From the human T2T-CHM13v2.0 reference genome, Homo sapiens: a stretch of DNA of 64,000 nt. The DNA is taken from assembly GCF_009914755.1 (NCBI RefSeq), contig NC_060932.1. One strand, given 5' to 3'. Made by a program: the position numbers and the translations under genes. Below, in pieces: positions 40,231 through 55,460 of the stretch; within the stretch, counting starts at the first letter, position 1, and each line of letters opens with the position of its first letter. The notes beneath the pieces are model-generated. The model did no database searches, was not told where the DNA came from, and worked only from the letters and a program-made list of their open reading frames with translations.

Positions 40231-41459
40231 CTCTAGAAATGGAAGCATATTTGTTTTTGATGGGTTAAATTTAAAAAAAAAACTGTACAAAAAAGCAAAA
40301 ATAAATACCTATTATTTCAGCTCCAGAAATGATAATATAGAACAAAAGCTTATTTATGTTCCTACCATATAATATGTAAAAAGGAATTCAACTCGTTCCC
40401 TTGCCTGAGTAACCTACATTCTCATAGTCCAGCAGCTTTGAACATAGTTAAGTCCATTATTAAGGTGATTCAGATGTAGGAAAAAATTACACATTGTAGA
40501 ATTTTTAACCTTTAAAAAACATGTTTAAGTAGACTAGAAACACTGATGAATCTCAGATGATATTCAGCTAACACTGCTATATGAAACAACAAGAATATCT
40601 GAGTTCTGGTACTGATTTGTAATATTTTAAACCGTGTAACCTATACCGATAAGGAACTCATTTTCTTCATTTACAAAACAGTGGGGTTGAACAAGATGAT
40701 CTCTAATGCCCTTATAACCAAACGTGAATTTATCACAGCTTTGTGAAATGACAAATCCTTAAAAATAGGTGTGCTAGTGGTCAAGACGCTGAAGCCATTA
40801 GAGAATTATTGGCAGAATAAAGACAGAGTTGTGGCCTTACCAGGGTGGCATAAGGCCTGAGTCCACTCAAAGTTCCAAGTTATTAATTTACCAAGAAAAG
40901 CAACCTCATTAATGTAACACCATCTGTTCAGTGCTGCTTTGTTTCTGGTTTGTGCTTTGTGGTCTTCACATAGAGCTTCTTGTTCTGACTTGTCCCTTTA
41001 CCTTTGGATTTGAACTTTACCCCTTTCGATCCCTTGTGAAATGACTCTGACCAGAAGCGATCCCAACTCCTGCATCATTATTTGGCCTGAAGGAATCACT
41101 TAGCTTTACACACAGGCACAGCTTCCTTGCTACTGGATCAATAACCTAATTTCAATATCTTCTCTCTGGTATTCCGGGATTAGAAATACTACTGCTTGTT
41201 TGGGCGGATTTATTTGGCTTTCTTCTAATACAACTATTTATATTTTCATGTACAGCCATTTCAATGACTGTCTTTCCATCATGCTTGTTTAATGTGATTG
41301 CATTGTAATTATAACAGTTGGAATAAAATGAGTTGAACAAAAAAGACTAGTATAATCTGAAGAGACTTATATCCATAAATTCTTTGTCAAAAATATTAAA
41401 GAAAGTAAACTCCCCTACTATTTTTTTTCATTTAGGTAATCCCCACATATGTTCCCTTC

Positions 41460-42830
41460 TCTCGGACCCTTTCATGGGATCTCTGATATCAAGACTGTTT
41501 TTATAATGATATCAAAAAATGAATTGCCTTCTTAAATATGTTTCCATTTGCACTGATGATGCAAAATAATAGTAGGTAAAACTGTTGGAGCTTCAGCAAC
41601 ATCCAGGTTGAAGCAGGGCATTAAGCTGTTGTAGTAATCATTTATTCTTCATGTCCACACACAGAAAAAAAGAAAAAAGTCAATTTCACTCAAGAATATC
41701 GATGGTGATATTCATCAGTAAGATATTAGTGTTTTATTAAGTCTCAACACTTAAGCACACATCTTTTTAATATTCAGTGTGATAAAATGGGAAGCAGGTA
41801 TAAAGCATTCCTGCTGCATCTGATGTTCAAGTATGATGATTGTCTCCAGAAAAACACTCAGATAACACTAAGTTGCAAACTGAAACTGCCACTTTTCCAT
41901 AGAAAAATATTTTTACTTGCAAAAAACCACTGACCAATACAAACTGTGGTTATTCAAATTGCATATCTAGCAGACATTTTCTTGAAAAGAAAGTAAGCCT
42001 GACACTCATATCAGTCACCTGAGTTTGACAGCTTCCCAATACTTAAAAGACCCTTCTGATGAGATGGATAGTGATTTAAAAGATGTGGCTTAAAAATGAT
42101 ACATTATATAATAAAATGTGTCAACAATTAGAAGATGCATAGCTCCATGGACCAATACTTTCCAAATGTTTAATGCATGATGTTACAAAATCATCCAGAA
42201 GTAAAAAGAGCCATTCAAAGTGCAAGATGAACCGATAGATTTTAACGTAACAAAATACAACAATATCATTGATGTGCTTTCTTATTTCACATTACAACAA
42301 ATCTTCAAGAAACTACATGTGCAGAATTGTGAAGTAGTATCAAATAACAATATCCAGAGTTAATCTAAAAGTCTATAGAAATATTTTTCCTTTAGTTTCA
42401 TATCTCCGTGAAGGCAAATTTTCTTCATATATTTTAACCAAAACAACATATTTCAACAGATTGAATACAGAAACAGATATGAGAATTCTACTAACTTCTA
42501 TCAAGCTTTATATTAAAGAGATTTTTCACACATGCAAAGCAATGTCACTGTTCTCACTATTTTTTGTTTTGGAAATACAGTTATTTTCATTGAAAGCATG
42601 TTATTTACAGTAACATTTAATAGATTTTTCATTAATTTTACTTGAATTAATAAAGTGCTCCGTTTAAATTTCTGATTACTTATTTTTTAAAGTACTTAGA
42701 TTATGTTTCTGAGTGTTTACTGATAGATATTACCCACATGACTGAGAGTTCTTTGGGATCCTCGTTCATTTTCTTTAAGAATGTAAAGATTCCTGAGATT
42801 TAAAACAGAATAATGTTTTGGAACCTCAGT
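41460..42830 (+). mobile_element. Charlie1-type hAT DNA transposon relic
   Basis: CATTTGCACTGATGATGCAAAA..GGTAAAACTG..GTAGTAATCATTTATTCTTCA (decayed hAT transposase segment) and typical Charlie 3' end. Confidence 0.8.
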
Positions 42831-42899
42831 CCTCACTATTCCTATCCCTTACAACCTCACCTCCTAATGCCTTTCTTCCCCAATTGTCAAGACTTGGTG

Positions 42900-43285
42900 A
42901 TCCAAGTATTCCAAATAGATTTCCACTGCAGGACCTTTGCACTTGCTGTTCTGTCTTTATAGAGTCTCCTACTTGCAGATAGTCCTATATCTGCCCGGCT
43001 CATGACTCCTCTCATGCAAAGCTCTGCTTAAATACCTCCTCATCCAAAAGGCTTTTACTAACTACCACTTTTAAAACAGAACCTCCCACTCCATGACTCT
43101 CTACTCCTTACCTAGTATTATTTGAGGTCATGTACTAATCCCATCCAGAAATTTTATTATATTGTTATTTATCTATTGTCTGTCTTTCCCACTAGAATGT
43201 AAGCACCATCAGAGCAATCTGCTTTACTTTTTCACTGCTTCCTACCTGGAATATAATTTGTGCTCTATCAATAGTAATTTAAACA
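42900..43285 (+). mobile_element. L2 3' end
   Basis: GGACCTTTGCACTTGCTGTT..TTGTCTGTCTTTCCCACTAGAATGTAAG. Confidence 0.8.
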
Positions 43286-44769
43286 ATGTAAAAATATGGT
43301 GTCTATATTTATTTAATTTGAAGGACGATTATGCTAAATAAGTTTCTCTTAAACGAGAAAGTCTGGAAATCTATATTTAAATATGAGAGTGGCAACTATA
43401 GAATGCTCCCTCCCAAAAGGGCTTGTGTCTGTCACAAGAAACAGCAAAACTTGGAGCACAATGAACCTTCCTAGGTTGCAGAAAAGTTTCTAAGTCAAGT
43501 CTTGACTTTCTCACTACTAAAACAGTGGTTACTCATGCTTACTGGGGCCAATAATAACGGATTGAAAATAATACATTTCTATACTATAGCATGGTATATA
43601 GTACAAAAAAAAAAGAAAAACTTTAAACCTTCAAGTTAGGTAGAAGCAGGTATGTATTCTAGGTCTGACTCACTTCTTTGTAACCTTGAGAGGAATGCTT
43701 AACCTTACAGGGAAATATGCTTTAATTGATACGCAGTTTCAAATATCCATTAGAAGTTTGTAGTCATGAAAGCAAAGTACTCCTACTTAGCTCAGATATA
43801 TACTTTTACTTTAGTGACAGTGATACAAACGAAGAAAATCACTTTCTTTTATTGGTCCAATTTTGCATTTCTGAAAAACTTCCTATTGACTATTTTCATT
43901 ATTTTCTTAATGTATGAATGAGTTTTATTTTCTAATATGTCTTTGAACACTTTCTGTCAATGGTAAATAACTATGTAATATTGGATTATAGGTTTTTGTT
44001 TTCTCTTAATCATTTTAACCACAGCCTGGCATAAATTAGGTGCTACTGGAATTTCAAAGCATTTTTTTCTGTTTAAAGTTGATTTTACCTTCCCAGTTTA
44101 TATTTCTAGGAGGGATGGATATCTTGGTCTTTGTGTTAAAATTTAAACAGTTTTAAAGTTCAGAATGGAAATACATAAGACTATGTAAGTCAAAAAATAT
44201 AAAGGATAGAGCTTCCCTCTGATTAATTCCTTACTAACTGGCATGTTTGTTCTTTATGTGTAGGAGTAATTGCTGTCACTGGAGGATTTTTTCTTCTTAA
44301 GAGGGAAAGATACAACTTCAAGTTGGTGGATGGAAGATCTATGAATAATGCCAAACACATCTGCACCTTCTTTCTTCCATGGTAGTTTCAATAGGCATGA
44401 AGAAAAACAGCAAAACAGCACTTCCTTCCTGAGTTTGTAAAATTCCCTACCTCCTATCTATTGCTCAATACGGCTCAGTCCCACAGTCTATGAGTCACAA
44501 CCACTGAGTAGGGAAAATGATTGAAATAATTATTTAAAAATAATTCTTCCATTCAGCCAGCTAAGATCTTACTTTAAAATGCTAATGGCACCAAGAAAAA
44601 AAGTAATATGACCTACTTTTTAATATATCTATACTATTGTTAGCAGGCAAGAATAAAATCACCCTCTTTCAAGGAAAAGTAACCAATAAAAACCATAAGA
44701 ACATGGGAACTATAAAATATTCTGCAGTGTACACTAATAACAGTATGTTAGAACTGAAATATTAGCTTA

Positions 44770-47700
44770 CTTAAACTTGTCAAGATATAATCAGGAATAA
44801 TGAAGTAATGACTCCCAAAGATTCTTTCCTCCAAAAATACAATGAGAAGACTCATAAAAATTCTCCAAATCAACTTTTTCAAAACTCTAGAAATTAACCA
44901 AAAGCTCGTACCCATATTTGGAGCATTTCTTCAAGAAAAGAGACTAAATCTTGGAAAGAACAGATAACTTTGTGATATTTTAAATTATGCTCTTCCCATT
45001 CCCTCTTCCCAGTCTGTGGTAGCCTGGAAAATCCACAGCCATCAATTTTTGTGAAAACCAGTAGCCTAGTAGCCGCTAAGGGTCAGAACAGGGCTGATGC
45101 TCTTTCAAATCCCTATTCTCAAACAATTTCAATAATTTTACCTGTCTGGCAGGTACATAAAAACCTACTCACAAGTCTTGTCTTTATTTTACCTCACTCA
45201 GAGTTCACCAACTGGAAACAGTCTGTTCCCCAAGAGCATTTGCTGAAAATGGTCAGTGGCAATTGTTTAACATTGCCTTACACAGTGAAAAAAGTTGGGA
45301 CAAAAAACAAATAAACCAAAAAAACAAAATTGTAAAAAGGAAGATCTGGAAAATGAGATGTTCACTGGAGGATTTGAAAAGTTCTTAAATATTCTTGAAA
45401 ATCCAGAAGGCCACACGCTATGTACGGCTGTGTAAACACTCAGAAAAGACCTGAGAAGACCCTCAGTTCTTGCCTCTGAACTTGAAGTTCTGCACAAGGA
45501 GGAAGTGATGGGAAAGACATAATTATAAATTGCCTGGCTGAATGTTAACAGCATTCTGTAACACTCACAGAAAGCCCTTCACCAAGATTAGGAGAAAACG
45601 TTTCTAGAGATTTAAGGAAATCTGTCTTGTCACTAGCTCACAAGTAAGCTAATTGAGCAGAGACTTAAGAGGTGATACATGACAAGGAATATGACATTAA
45701 AGAATTAGTTCAAGATAGTCTTTAACAAAAAAGTGGGAATAGTAACAACAAACACCTAAGACAAACCCTAGGGAAGGGAGAAAAATCTGATTTCCAGAGT
45801 TCTCAAATTGCATTATAAAGATGTGCAGTTTTCAAAAAACAAATTAGTAGACATTCAAAGAAACAATAGAGTATGGCCCATATGAAAGTAATAAAAAATC
45901 ACTCCATAGAAACTGCCCTGAAGAAATCCCGTCATTAAACATACTAAACAAATACTTTAAATCAACTATTTAAAACATGTTCAAAGAACTAAAACAAACC
46001 ATGTATAAAACACTAAAACGACCCATAGAAATAAGGTCTCAACAAATAAAGAACATCAATAAGAAGATATAAATTATTAAAATGAATAATTTTGGAGTGA
46101 AAAAGTTACCAAATTGGCTCAACAGCATATTTTAAGAGGCAAAAGAACCAACAAACTTACAAAGTAGTCAGTCTAAGGAAAAAAGGAAAAAGATTGGAGA
46201 AAAGTGAACAGAGCCTTACAGACCTGTGAGATACCATCAAGCTCACCTAATAAGCGTAATGAGAGTCCCAGAAGCAGAAGAGAGATAGAAAGAGGCAGAA
46301 AGAATATTTGAAGAAATAATTGTAGAAAAATTCTCATATTTCTGAAACACATGAATCTCTATATCCAAGAAGCTCAAAAAACCTTAAAGTGGGAGAATAA
46401 ACTCAAGAAATCCACACTGAGATAAATTATAATCAAACTGTTGAAAGCCAAAGACAATGGGAGAATTTTGAAAACAGTAAAAGAAAAGTGACTCATTATA
46501 TTCCAAGGTCCTCAGCAAGATTAACAATTAATTTTTTATCATAAACCACTGGGACAGAAGGAAGTGATATGCTATATTCAAAGGTCAACCAATTATTCTA
46601 TATTTAGCAGAAGTATGTACATTTCAAGATTTACATATACTGAGAAAATTTGTTAAGAGCAGATTTCCCTATAAGAAATCTTCCAGAGAGTCCTTTGAAG
46701 TGCAACGGAAGTACACTAGACAATAACTCAAATTCACATAAAGCAATAAAGAGCATTGGTAAAGGTAAATACAGAACATAGGTAAATACAAAAGATATTA
46801 TAACTGTATATTTTGTTTGCAACAATTTTTTCTCCTATCTGACTTAAAAGAGAGTTGAACAAAACAATCGTCATAAATTTGAATTGATTTTAATACAATG
46901 CATAAATACATAATTTGCATAACAATAAAGCACAGAGGAAGAGGAGGAAATACAAGCATACAGGAGCAAAATCTGTAAATGTTACTGAAATTAAGTTGGT
47001 ATTAATCCAAACTAGATTATTATAAGTAAAAATTTGAATTGTAATTCCCAGGGCACCACTAAGAAAATAACTCAAAAATATTATAAAATATAACAAGATA
47101 ATTAAAATGGCAAACTAGAAATATGAATTTAACACAAAAGAAAGAATTTGGAAAGAATACAGAAACCAAAACAACATAAGAAATACAAAGAAGAAGTAGC
47201 AAAATGAGTGGCATAAGTCCTATCAGTAATTACATTAAATGTAAATGGGTTAAACACTCAAATCAAAAGGTTGAGATTAGCAAAATGGATAAAATAAACA
47301 CAATGGTCTCATATACTGTATATAGAGATAAACTGGATTCAAAGTCACAAATAACTTGAAAGTAAAAGAATGAGGAAAAAAAATAAAATATGCAAAAAGT
47401 AAGCATAAAAGGCCTGAAGTTGATGTACTAATACCAAATCAATGCACTTTAAATCAAAAAGTCATTGATTTACAAAAACAAAGGACCGTATACATTGATA
47501 AAAGCGTCAATTCTTCAAGAAAATACAACAATTTTTAACATGTACATCCACTAAAAACAGAGCTTCAAAATACATGAATCAAATACTAAAAAACTGAAGG
47601 AAGAAATAGACGACTCAAAAATAATAGTTGGAAATTTCAATACCCTACCTTGAATAATGGGCAGAACAACTAGAGAGGAAAACAACAAGGAAATAGAAAA

Positions 47701-48840
47701 CTTGAGCAACACCATAACTAGACCCACTAGACGTAATAGGATCTACATAATACTTCCTCCAATACCAGAATATACATTATTTGTAATTGCACGTAGAACA
47801 GAATAGATCATATGTTAGACCATAAAATATGTTATTCTCAATAAATTAAAAAGGATTAAAATTATATACTGTACATTCTCTAAACATAACTGAATGAAAT
47901 TTTAAATTCATAAAACATGGAAATTTGAGACATTCACAAATAAATGGAAATTAAGCAACACTGCTAAATAATCAATAAGCCAAAGAATAAATTAAAAGAT
48001 AATTTAGAAAATATTTTGAAATTAATAAATGCAAGATATCAAACTTACAGAATTCATCTAAAATTGCGCATAGAAGAAAATTTGTATGTAAATACCTGTA
48101 CTAAAAAAAAAAGGTGAAAGATCTCAAATCAATAACTTAACCTTTCACCTTCGGAAACTAGAAGCATGAAGAATAGCTTAAGCCCAAAGCAGGCATAAAA
48201 AGGAGATAATAAAGATTAGAGTGTAGATAAAGTAAGTAGAATATTTAAAAAATAGACAAAAATCAATAAAACAAAAATTAATTTATTTGTATTCATCAAC
48301 AAAATCAGCAAATTTAGCTAAACCTATGAAAGAAAAGGAGGGAACTCAAAATATTGAAATCAGGAATGAATAAGCAGTATTACTTCTGACCTTACATAAA
48401 TAAAAGGGATTATAAGTGAATACTATTAAACAATTATTTTCCAAGTAAATAGTAAATGTAGATGAAATTAATATATTCCTAAAAACAAACTACTGAAAAT
48501 GACCCAAGAATAAATGGAAGTTATGAATAGACATAACAAGAAAAAAAATTAGTTACTAATCAAAAAAAAAAAAAAAAAAACCATCCCGGAAAGAGCATCC
48601 CAGAACCAAATGGTGAATACTACTAAATTTTTAAAGAGGAATTAACCCAAACCCCAACCTTTCAAAAAATAGAATTAGTCCTCACACATTCTGAGGCCTG
48701 CATTACCCTGATACCAAAAAAAAAAAGATCCCTAGAAAACTACAGACCAATATATCTCATTAATATAAAAGCAAAAATCCTTGACAAATACTAGCAACAC
48801 ATTTCTCACAACATAGAATAAAGGATTATACAACATGAAC
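44770..48840 (+). mobile_element. Old L1M, 5' ~4 kb (5' region, ORF1, ORF2 endonuclease and start of RT)
   Basis: ORF1-like region, then ATCAGTAATTACATTAAATGTAAATGG (ITLNVNG), ATAATAGTTGGAAATTTCAATAC, ACTACAGACCAATATATCTC (NYRPISL-like); all frames disrupted. Confidence 0.88.
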
Positions 48841-50183
48841 AAATTTATAAGGAATATGATTACTGCTAAAAGTTCATCTTTAAAAACTTAGCTCCATAAT
48901 TACAGTCACTTGCCAATATAAAATTTCTTTCATTTACATGCTCAGCTCAAAGTAAGTTTCTCAGTAATTATTTTTCTTATTTCATGTCTCTAAGATAGAA
49001 TTGATTTGATAAGTAGATAAGATCTTAAAGGTAAGTTTTAAAGTGGTATTGATATAAAGACTGACAGGTTTAACGTACCCAAAATGCACATGTAGCATTA
49101 AAATTTTATATCACTCAAACTTTTTCTTTGAGAAAGAAAGCTGATGATAACTAATACTGAAAATGGTGAGACATTCTGTTTGTCCTATTTCACTTAAATA
49201 CATTCTGATTTATGAAAAGTGAAGAAAGTAAAGAGTTTTCATGTCTTTCATCTTAAGTAGGGCAGCCTTTCTAGTTTCTTTAATTGCACTAAGAACTAAA
49301 GATAAATGTTCACAAAATCAACATGACTGATTTGCTTTTTCACGAAGAGACAGCTTATTTAGTGCCTGGAAGCAATTTTTGTGTAATACAGTGGAGATGC
49401 CATTTCTTCAAATGAGTTCTTTAATGAGTCTTTGTCTCTCAATTTAATAGTACTTTTTACTTTATTTTCCAAGATGTTCTTGTGTCTTTTGTGCAAAATG
49501 CTACAAACACCATGTCTACCAGGAGAAATTCTAAGATGGCCACCTTCAATAATAAAAGAGGGTACCTCCATTTTAAAATATTATTCATTAAAAAACTGCC
49601 TTTTCAGTATTCAAAGAACACTCAATTTGTTTTCAAGGATAAGACTTAATCTATTGAGTATATTATTTATTGACTTTTGTAATTTCACTCAATGTTCCTA
49701 AAACCTATGAAAGCAATAGCTTTTCATTTTTTCCCAGACAAGTGAGTACAGATTGTTTATAAAGTTTAACCGTACTTTAAACTCATTTTACTTTTAGGTA
49801 ACTACAGATTGTTAAATACAGTTGACTTAAAGAGATATTGATATTCAAATACCTGAAAGGAAGCATAATCATAGGTCAGGGGATGTGTCTCATACTATTA
49901 AGATGGGGGAAGGTGCCACAGGAAACAGAGGCTGTGAGAATAATATACTTCATTGAAAAATTGCTCCTGGCAGTTTTCAATAAAACCAATTCAGAAAGTA
50001 ATGCTTCATGTTGATGTCTGAAGTGCAAATGAAATCTGGTTTCATTTATTTATATTAAGTAGTCATTTCCCTGTATTGCACTTAATTGAGCTATTGTTCT
50101 CTTCATTAAGTATGCCTCTTGAATTTTTCCATTTTGAAAAATGCTGTTGTTTCAGTCACAGTAAATGTGAGATGGAGAAATCA

Positions 50184-50570
<387 letters not shown>

Positions 50571-50843
50571 TTAATAATTTGTATTTGTAGAACACCCTTA
50601 AATTTCTCCCAAGTTCTCCATATTAAAAGCGTAATCAGTTTATTAGAGAATCTTGACTCTTAAAGGCATAAGGCTTCATTACTTCACATGTCATTTTCAT
50701 CCCCATCCTAATCATCTCCTGCTCGGTGGAAGGTCCCATGACAACGTAAGGCATTGTTCTTTGAGAATTTTCTTCTACTTGTTAGTTTTCGGTTACTAGG
50801 TTCTCTTTCCCAACATGCAACCAAGTCTTACAAAATTCTACCG

Positions 50844-52605
50844 ATTTGTTTAAGTTCCTTATAGATGCTGGACATTAGACTTTTGTCAGATGCATGGTTT
50901 ACAAATATTTACTCCCATTTTGTAGGTTGTCTGTTTACCCTATTAATAGTTTCTTTTGCTGTGCAGAAGCTCTTTAGTTTAATTAGATCCCATTTGTCAA
51001 TTTTCGTTTCTGTTGCAATTGCTTTTGACATCTTTGGCATGAAATCTTTGCTAGTTCCTATGTCCAGAACGGTATTTACTAGGTTATCTTCCAGAGTTTT
51101 TATAGTTTGGGGGTTTATGTTTATGTCTTTAATCCATCTTGAGTTGAATTTTGTATATGGTGCAAGGAAAAGGTTAATTTTCCATCTTCTGCATATGACT
51201 AGCCAATTATCCCAGCACCTCTTATTGAATAGGGAGTCCTTTCCCCATTGTTTGTTTTTGTCAGCATTGTCAAAGATCAGATGGAGGTGTGCAGCATTAT
51301 TTCTAGGCTTTCTATTCTATTCCACCGGTCTATGTGTCTGTTTTTGTACCAGTACCGTGATGTTTTGGTAGCCCTGCAGTATAGTTTGAAGTCGCGTAAT
51401 GTGATGCATCCAGCTTTGTTCTTTTTGCTTAGGATTGCCTTGGCTGTTCGGTCTCTTTTTTGGTTCCACACGAATTTTAAAATAATTTTTTCTAGTTCTT
51501 TTTTTTTCAGTATCCAGAACTGTGAGATGTTTTTCCTAGTTCTGAGAAGAATGTCATTGGTAATTTCATAGGAATAGCATTGAATGTATAAATTGCTTTG
51601 GGCAGTAGGGCCAATTTAATGATACTGATTCTTCCCATCCATGAACATGAAATGTTTTTCCATTTGTTTGTGTCATCTCTGATTTCTTTGAGCAGAATTT
51701 TGTAATTCTCATTGCAGAGATCTTTTACGTTCCTGGTTAGCTGTATTCCTAAGTATTTCATTTGTTTTGTGGCAGACCCATTAAAAAGGGGGCAAAGGAC
51801 GTGAAGAGATATTTTTCAAAAGAAGGCATGCATATGGCCAGCAAGTATACGGAAAAAAAGATCAATATCACTAATCATTAGATAAATGCAAATTGAAACC
51901 AAAATGAGATAACATCTCACAGTCAGAATGGCTGTTATCAAAACATCAAAAAAATAACAGATGCTGGCAAGGTTGCAGAGAAAAAAAATTACTTATACAC
52001 TGTTGGTGGGAGTGTTAATTAGTTCAACCATGTTGGAAAGTGGTGTGGCTAAAAACGGAACTACCATTCAACCCAGCAATCTCATTCCTGGGTATATAAC
52101 CAAAGCAGTATAAATCGTTCTACATAAAGACAAATGCATGCATATGTTCACAGCAACACTATTCACAATAGCAAACGTATGGAATCAACCTAAATACTCA
52201 CGAATATCAGACTGGATAAAGAAAATGTGGTACATATACACACCGGAATACTATGCAGCCATGAAAAAGAATGAGATCATGTCCTTTGCAGCAATAAGCA
52301 TGGAGCTGGAAGCCATTATTCTTGGGGAGCTAATATCTGGAAAACCAAATACTACATTTTCTTCCTGATAAATGGGAGATAAAAGATTGGAACACATGGA
52401 CACAAAAAGGGGAACAGCAGACACTGGGGCCTATTAGAGGGTGGATACTTGGGGAAGGAAGAGGATCAGTAAAAATAACTAAGCTTAGTACCCGAGTGAC
52501 ATAATAATCTGTACACCAATCCCCTGAGTCATGAGTTTACCTATATAACAAATCTGCATATGTATCCATAAACCTAAAATAGAGTTAAAAAATAGAAAAA
52601 AATAA
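50844..52605 (+). mobile_element. 5'-inverted (twin-primed) L1PA: 50844-51772 inverted, 51773-52605 sense
   Basis: Minus ORFs MKYLGIQLT.. and [17 protein letters not shown] are L1 ORF2; the sense part carries the ORF2 end, 3'UTR and tail; AAAATTCTA flanks both ends. Confidence 0.9.
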
Positions 52606-54109
52606 AATTCTAAAAATTCTAGCAAACCCTATTGTCCCCACCAAAAAAAAAAAAGTTAAAGAAATATTGGACAATCTTTATCAAGAGGCTAGGAAATGGA
52701 AAATTAAAATGTAATAGTAGAACTTATTGCTATTGTTATCCAGCAAGTTTTTTTTTCAAAGTTGTCAACTGTAATTACCATAGATTCCATGGAAAAACCA
52801 TATCATTCTTGAATACTGCCAAAATTATGTGCAAAGAGTAAGCCTCTTTCCCAAGTAAATAAGTAAGTGAAGATATTTTAACAGCTATAAAACTAACATC
52901 ACTGTGGTCAGTCAGGGATCTTGGGGTAGACAAAACTTGCAAACCTTGGCTGACATATGTAGGGAAGTTGTTCATTTAAAAGCTATCCAACCCTGGCACC
53001 AGAGACCCCTCTCATATCACAGAATCATAGACAAATGACCTAGGCTCAGCCAACTGCATATCCAACAGTTTGAATTTTTGAGGAACAATGCAGTTACAAA
53101 GCCATTTGGAACTATTTACACTAGTCATGATAGAACGTAAAACCCTGCATCAATATTGAGCCCTCTCAGAGGAACAGTCAGTGGTGGGAGTTCTACTGGC
53201 TGCATCCTGAAGCTTCCCTTGGTTCTTAAGCATGATGAGCTAATCTTTCTGTGTATTATATGAGTACCAAATATGCTTTAAATACATTTCATTTCCATGT
53301 AAAATCTCAAAATTTGATTTATATTGATTTCCCACAATCAATGTCCCCCACTGATACAGTGGTGCTAGCATTCCAGGGTCAGACAGCTTTTTAACATCTC
53401 CATGTGCTTACAGACCAGGCATAAATTGTTTCATCTCCAATTCTTGGTGCTTTGAAATACATTTTGGCATGGTTGTTGCGGCACTAAAATTTGCTACAGA
53501 ATGATGTGGCTCTTTCCTGTAATCTGTAATGTTTCCAGCAGAGTCTCTTCAAAAACTCCCATATTCATTATACCAATGAATACTGACATTCCTATCTATA
53601 AACTACTCCTTCTCAGGAGTTTTACAAATACAGTCCCCTTTGTCCATGACAGTACAAATACCAAGTGTAGTCTTACTGGAGTGAAAAGTTTTCTGATGCT
53701 TTAGTAAGCTTCTAATGTACTATGAACTAATCTAAGACCAGAAACAAATGCTTATTGTTTAGAAATTTAAAATTAGGTGTTTTTAGACTATTTCCAGAAG
53801 TGCGCCGAGGAGCAATAGAATGATTTCTATTGCTCAAAAATTTAGGTGGACTAATAGAAACTATTTTCATATTAGAAGTTTTAATAGCATATTTATGTGA
53901 TCTAGAATTAAAATCCCAAACCACTAAGATTCCTTCTACCCTAACACTATTAACATGTAGTAGAAAACATAATTATTATGGAGTCCTTAGGGTATTCAAG
54001 CAGTTTAATAATATCACATATATTCTTAAATAAATTCAGCATATTCCAAAGACCTGAGAAGAAATTGGGATGGTGATGTCCATGAGATGTTAAATCAGAG
54101 GATATCTTC

Positions 54110-54865
54110 TTTTTATTTTTATGCATACATAAAAGTTTTACATATTTATGAAATACATGTGGTATTTCGATGCAAGCATACAATGTGTCATGATAAAATC
54201 TGGGCTACTGGGATATCCATCACCTCAAACATGTATTTCTTGGCCTTAGGAACATTGCAAATATACTCCTGTAGTTATTTTGAAATATATAATAAATTAT
54301 TATCTGTTATTGCCCTATTGTGCTACCAAACATTAGATCTTATTTCTTCCATCGAACCCTATTTTGGTACCCATTAACCAACCCTCTTTATCCCCACCTC
54401 ACTACCCTTCTCAGCCTTCTCTGGTAACCATCATTCTACTCTCTACCTCCATAAAATCAAAATGTTAGCTCCCACATATGACTGAAAAAATACAACACGT
54501 GTCTCTCTGTTCTTGGCTTATTTCATTTAACACAATGTTCAACAGCATCCATGTTGCTGCAAATAACAGGATTTCATTCTTCTTTGTGGCTGAAAAATAT
54601 TCCATTATGTATATGTACCACATTTGCTTTATCCATTCATTGATGGACATTTAGGTTGATTCCATACCTTGGCTATTGTGAATACAGTTGCAATAAACAT
54701 GGGAGTGTAGATATGTCTTTGATATACTGATTTCCTTTCTTTTGAATATATACTCAGCAGTATGATACTAGCTGTGCATCTGCTGTATAAGGTCTTTATC
54801 ATGCTGAGGTATGTTTCTTCTGTACCCAGTTTGTTGAGAGTTTTTATCATGAAGGGATGTTGAAA
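54110..54865 (-). mobile_element. L1MA 3' end plus short ORF2 fragment
   Basis: Minus ORFs WIKQMWYIYIMEYFSATKKNEIL and MIKTLNKLG. Confidence 0.88.
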
Positions 54866-55460
54866 GAAAAGCTGTTGTTGAGGCCTCGCTCTGCCATTTT
54901 CTAGTGATATTACTCTGGGTTAGTCATATCATCTTTTACGATCTATTTCACCTGCTGCTTATAGCAAGCTCAAGTTTTTGCCTGAGGTTCAATGACACAG
55001 GGCATCTAAAAACACTTTGCAATCTCTGCCATACTATACAAATGCTAACTATGGTTATGTTCTGAAAGTGGTAAAAATAGATTTTATGTACAGTAAAGTA
55101 TACCATTATGGTAATGGGGGAGATATTTTACTTATATTGGGCTCTTTCTCTCCCTCAAAATACTTGTTATCTTTTTCTTTCAATAAAAGAATTGTATAAA
55201 ATAATGGTGAGATCGATGGGGAAATTCTTTTCAATGAAAAAATTAGGCTGGATTTGGAAAAGGTAAATATTTTAGCATTTAACACTAATCTCAATATATT
55301 TACTGGGAAATAAGCAATGTGAATGTTTAGTGCATTTTTTCATCCTCTGAACACTTATTCTTATGCCTCTACCACTGACTGCCATATTCAAAGTCCTGTG
55401 GTACCATAAAACATTTCCTTCTTATCCCCATCATAATAAAAATATCCACCTTTCTTTCTG

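Noticed and set aside
50865-51761. 168-, 107-, 84- and 64-aa ORFs
   Set aside because: Sense and antisense frames of a decayed L1 ORF2 fragment
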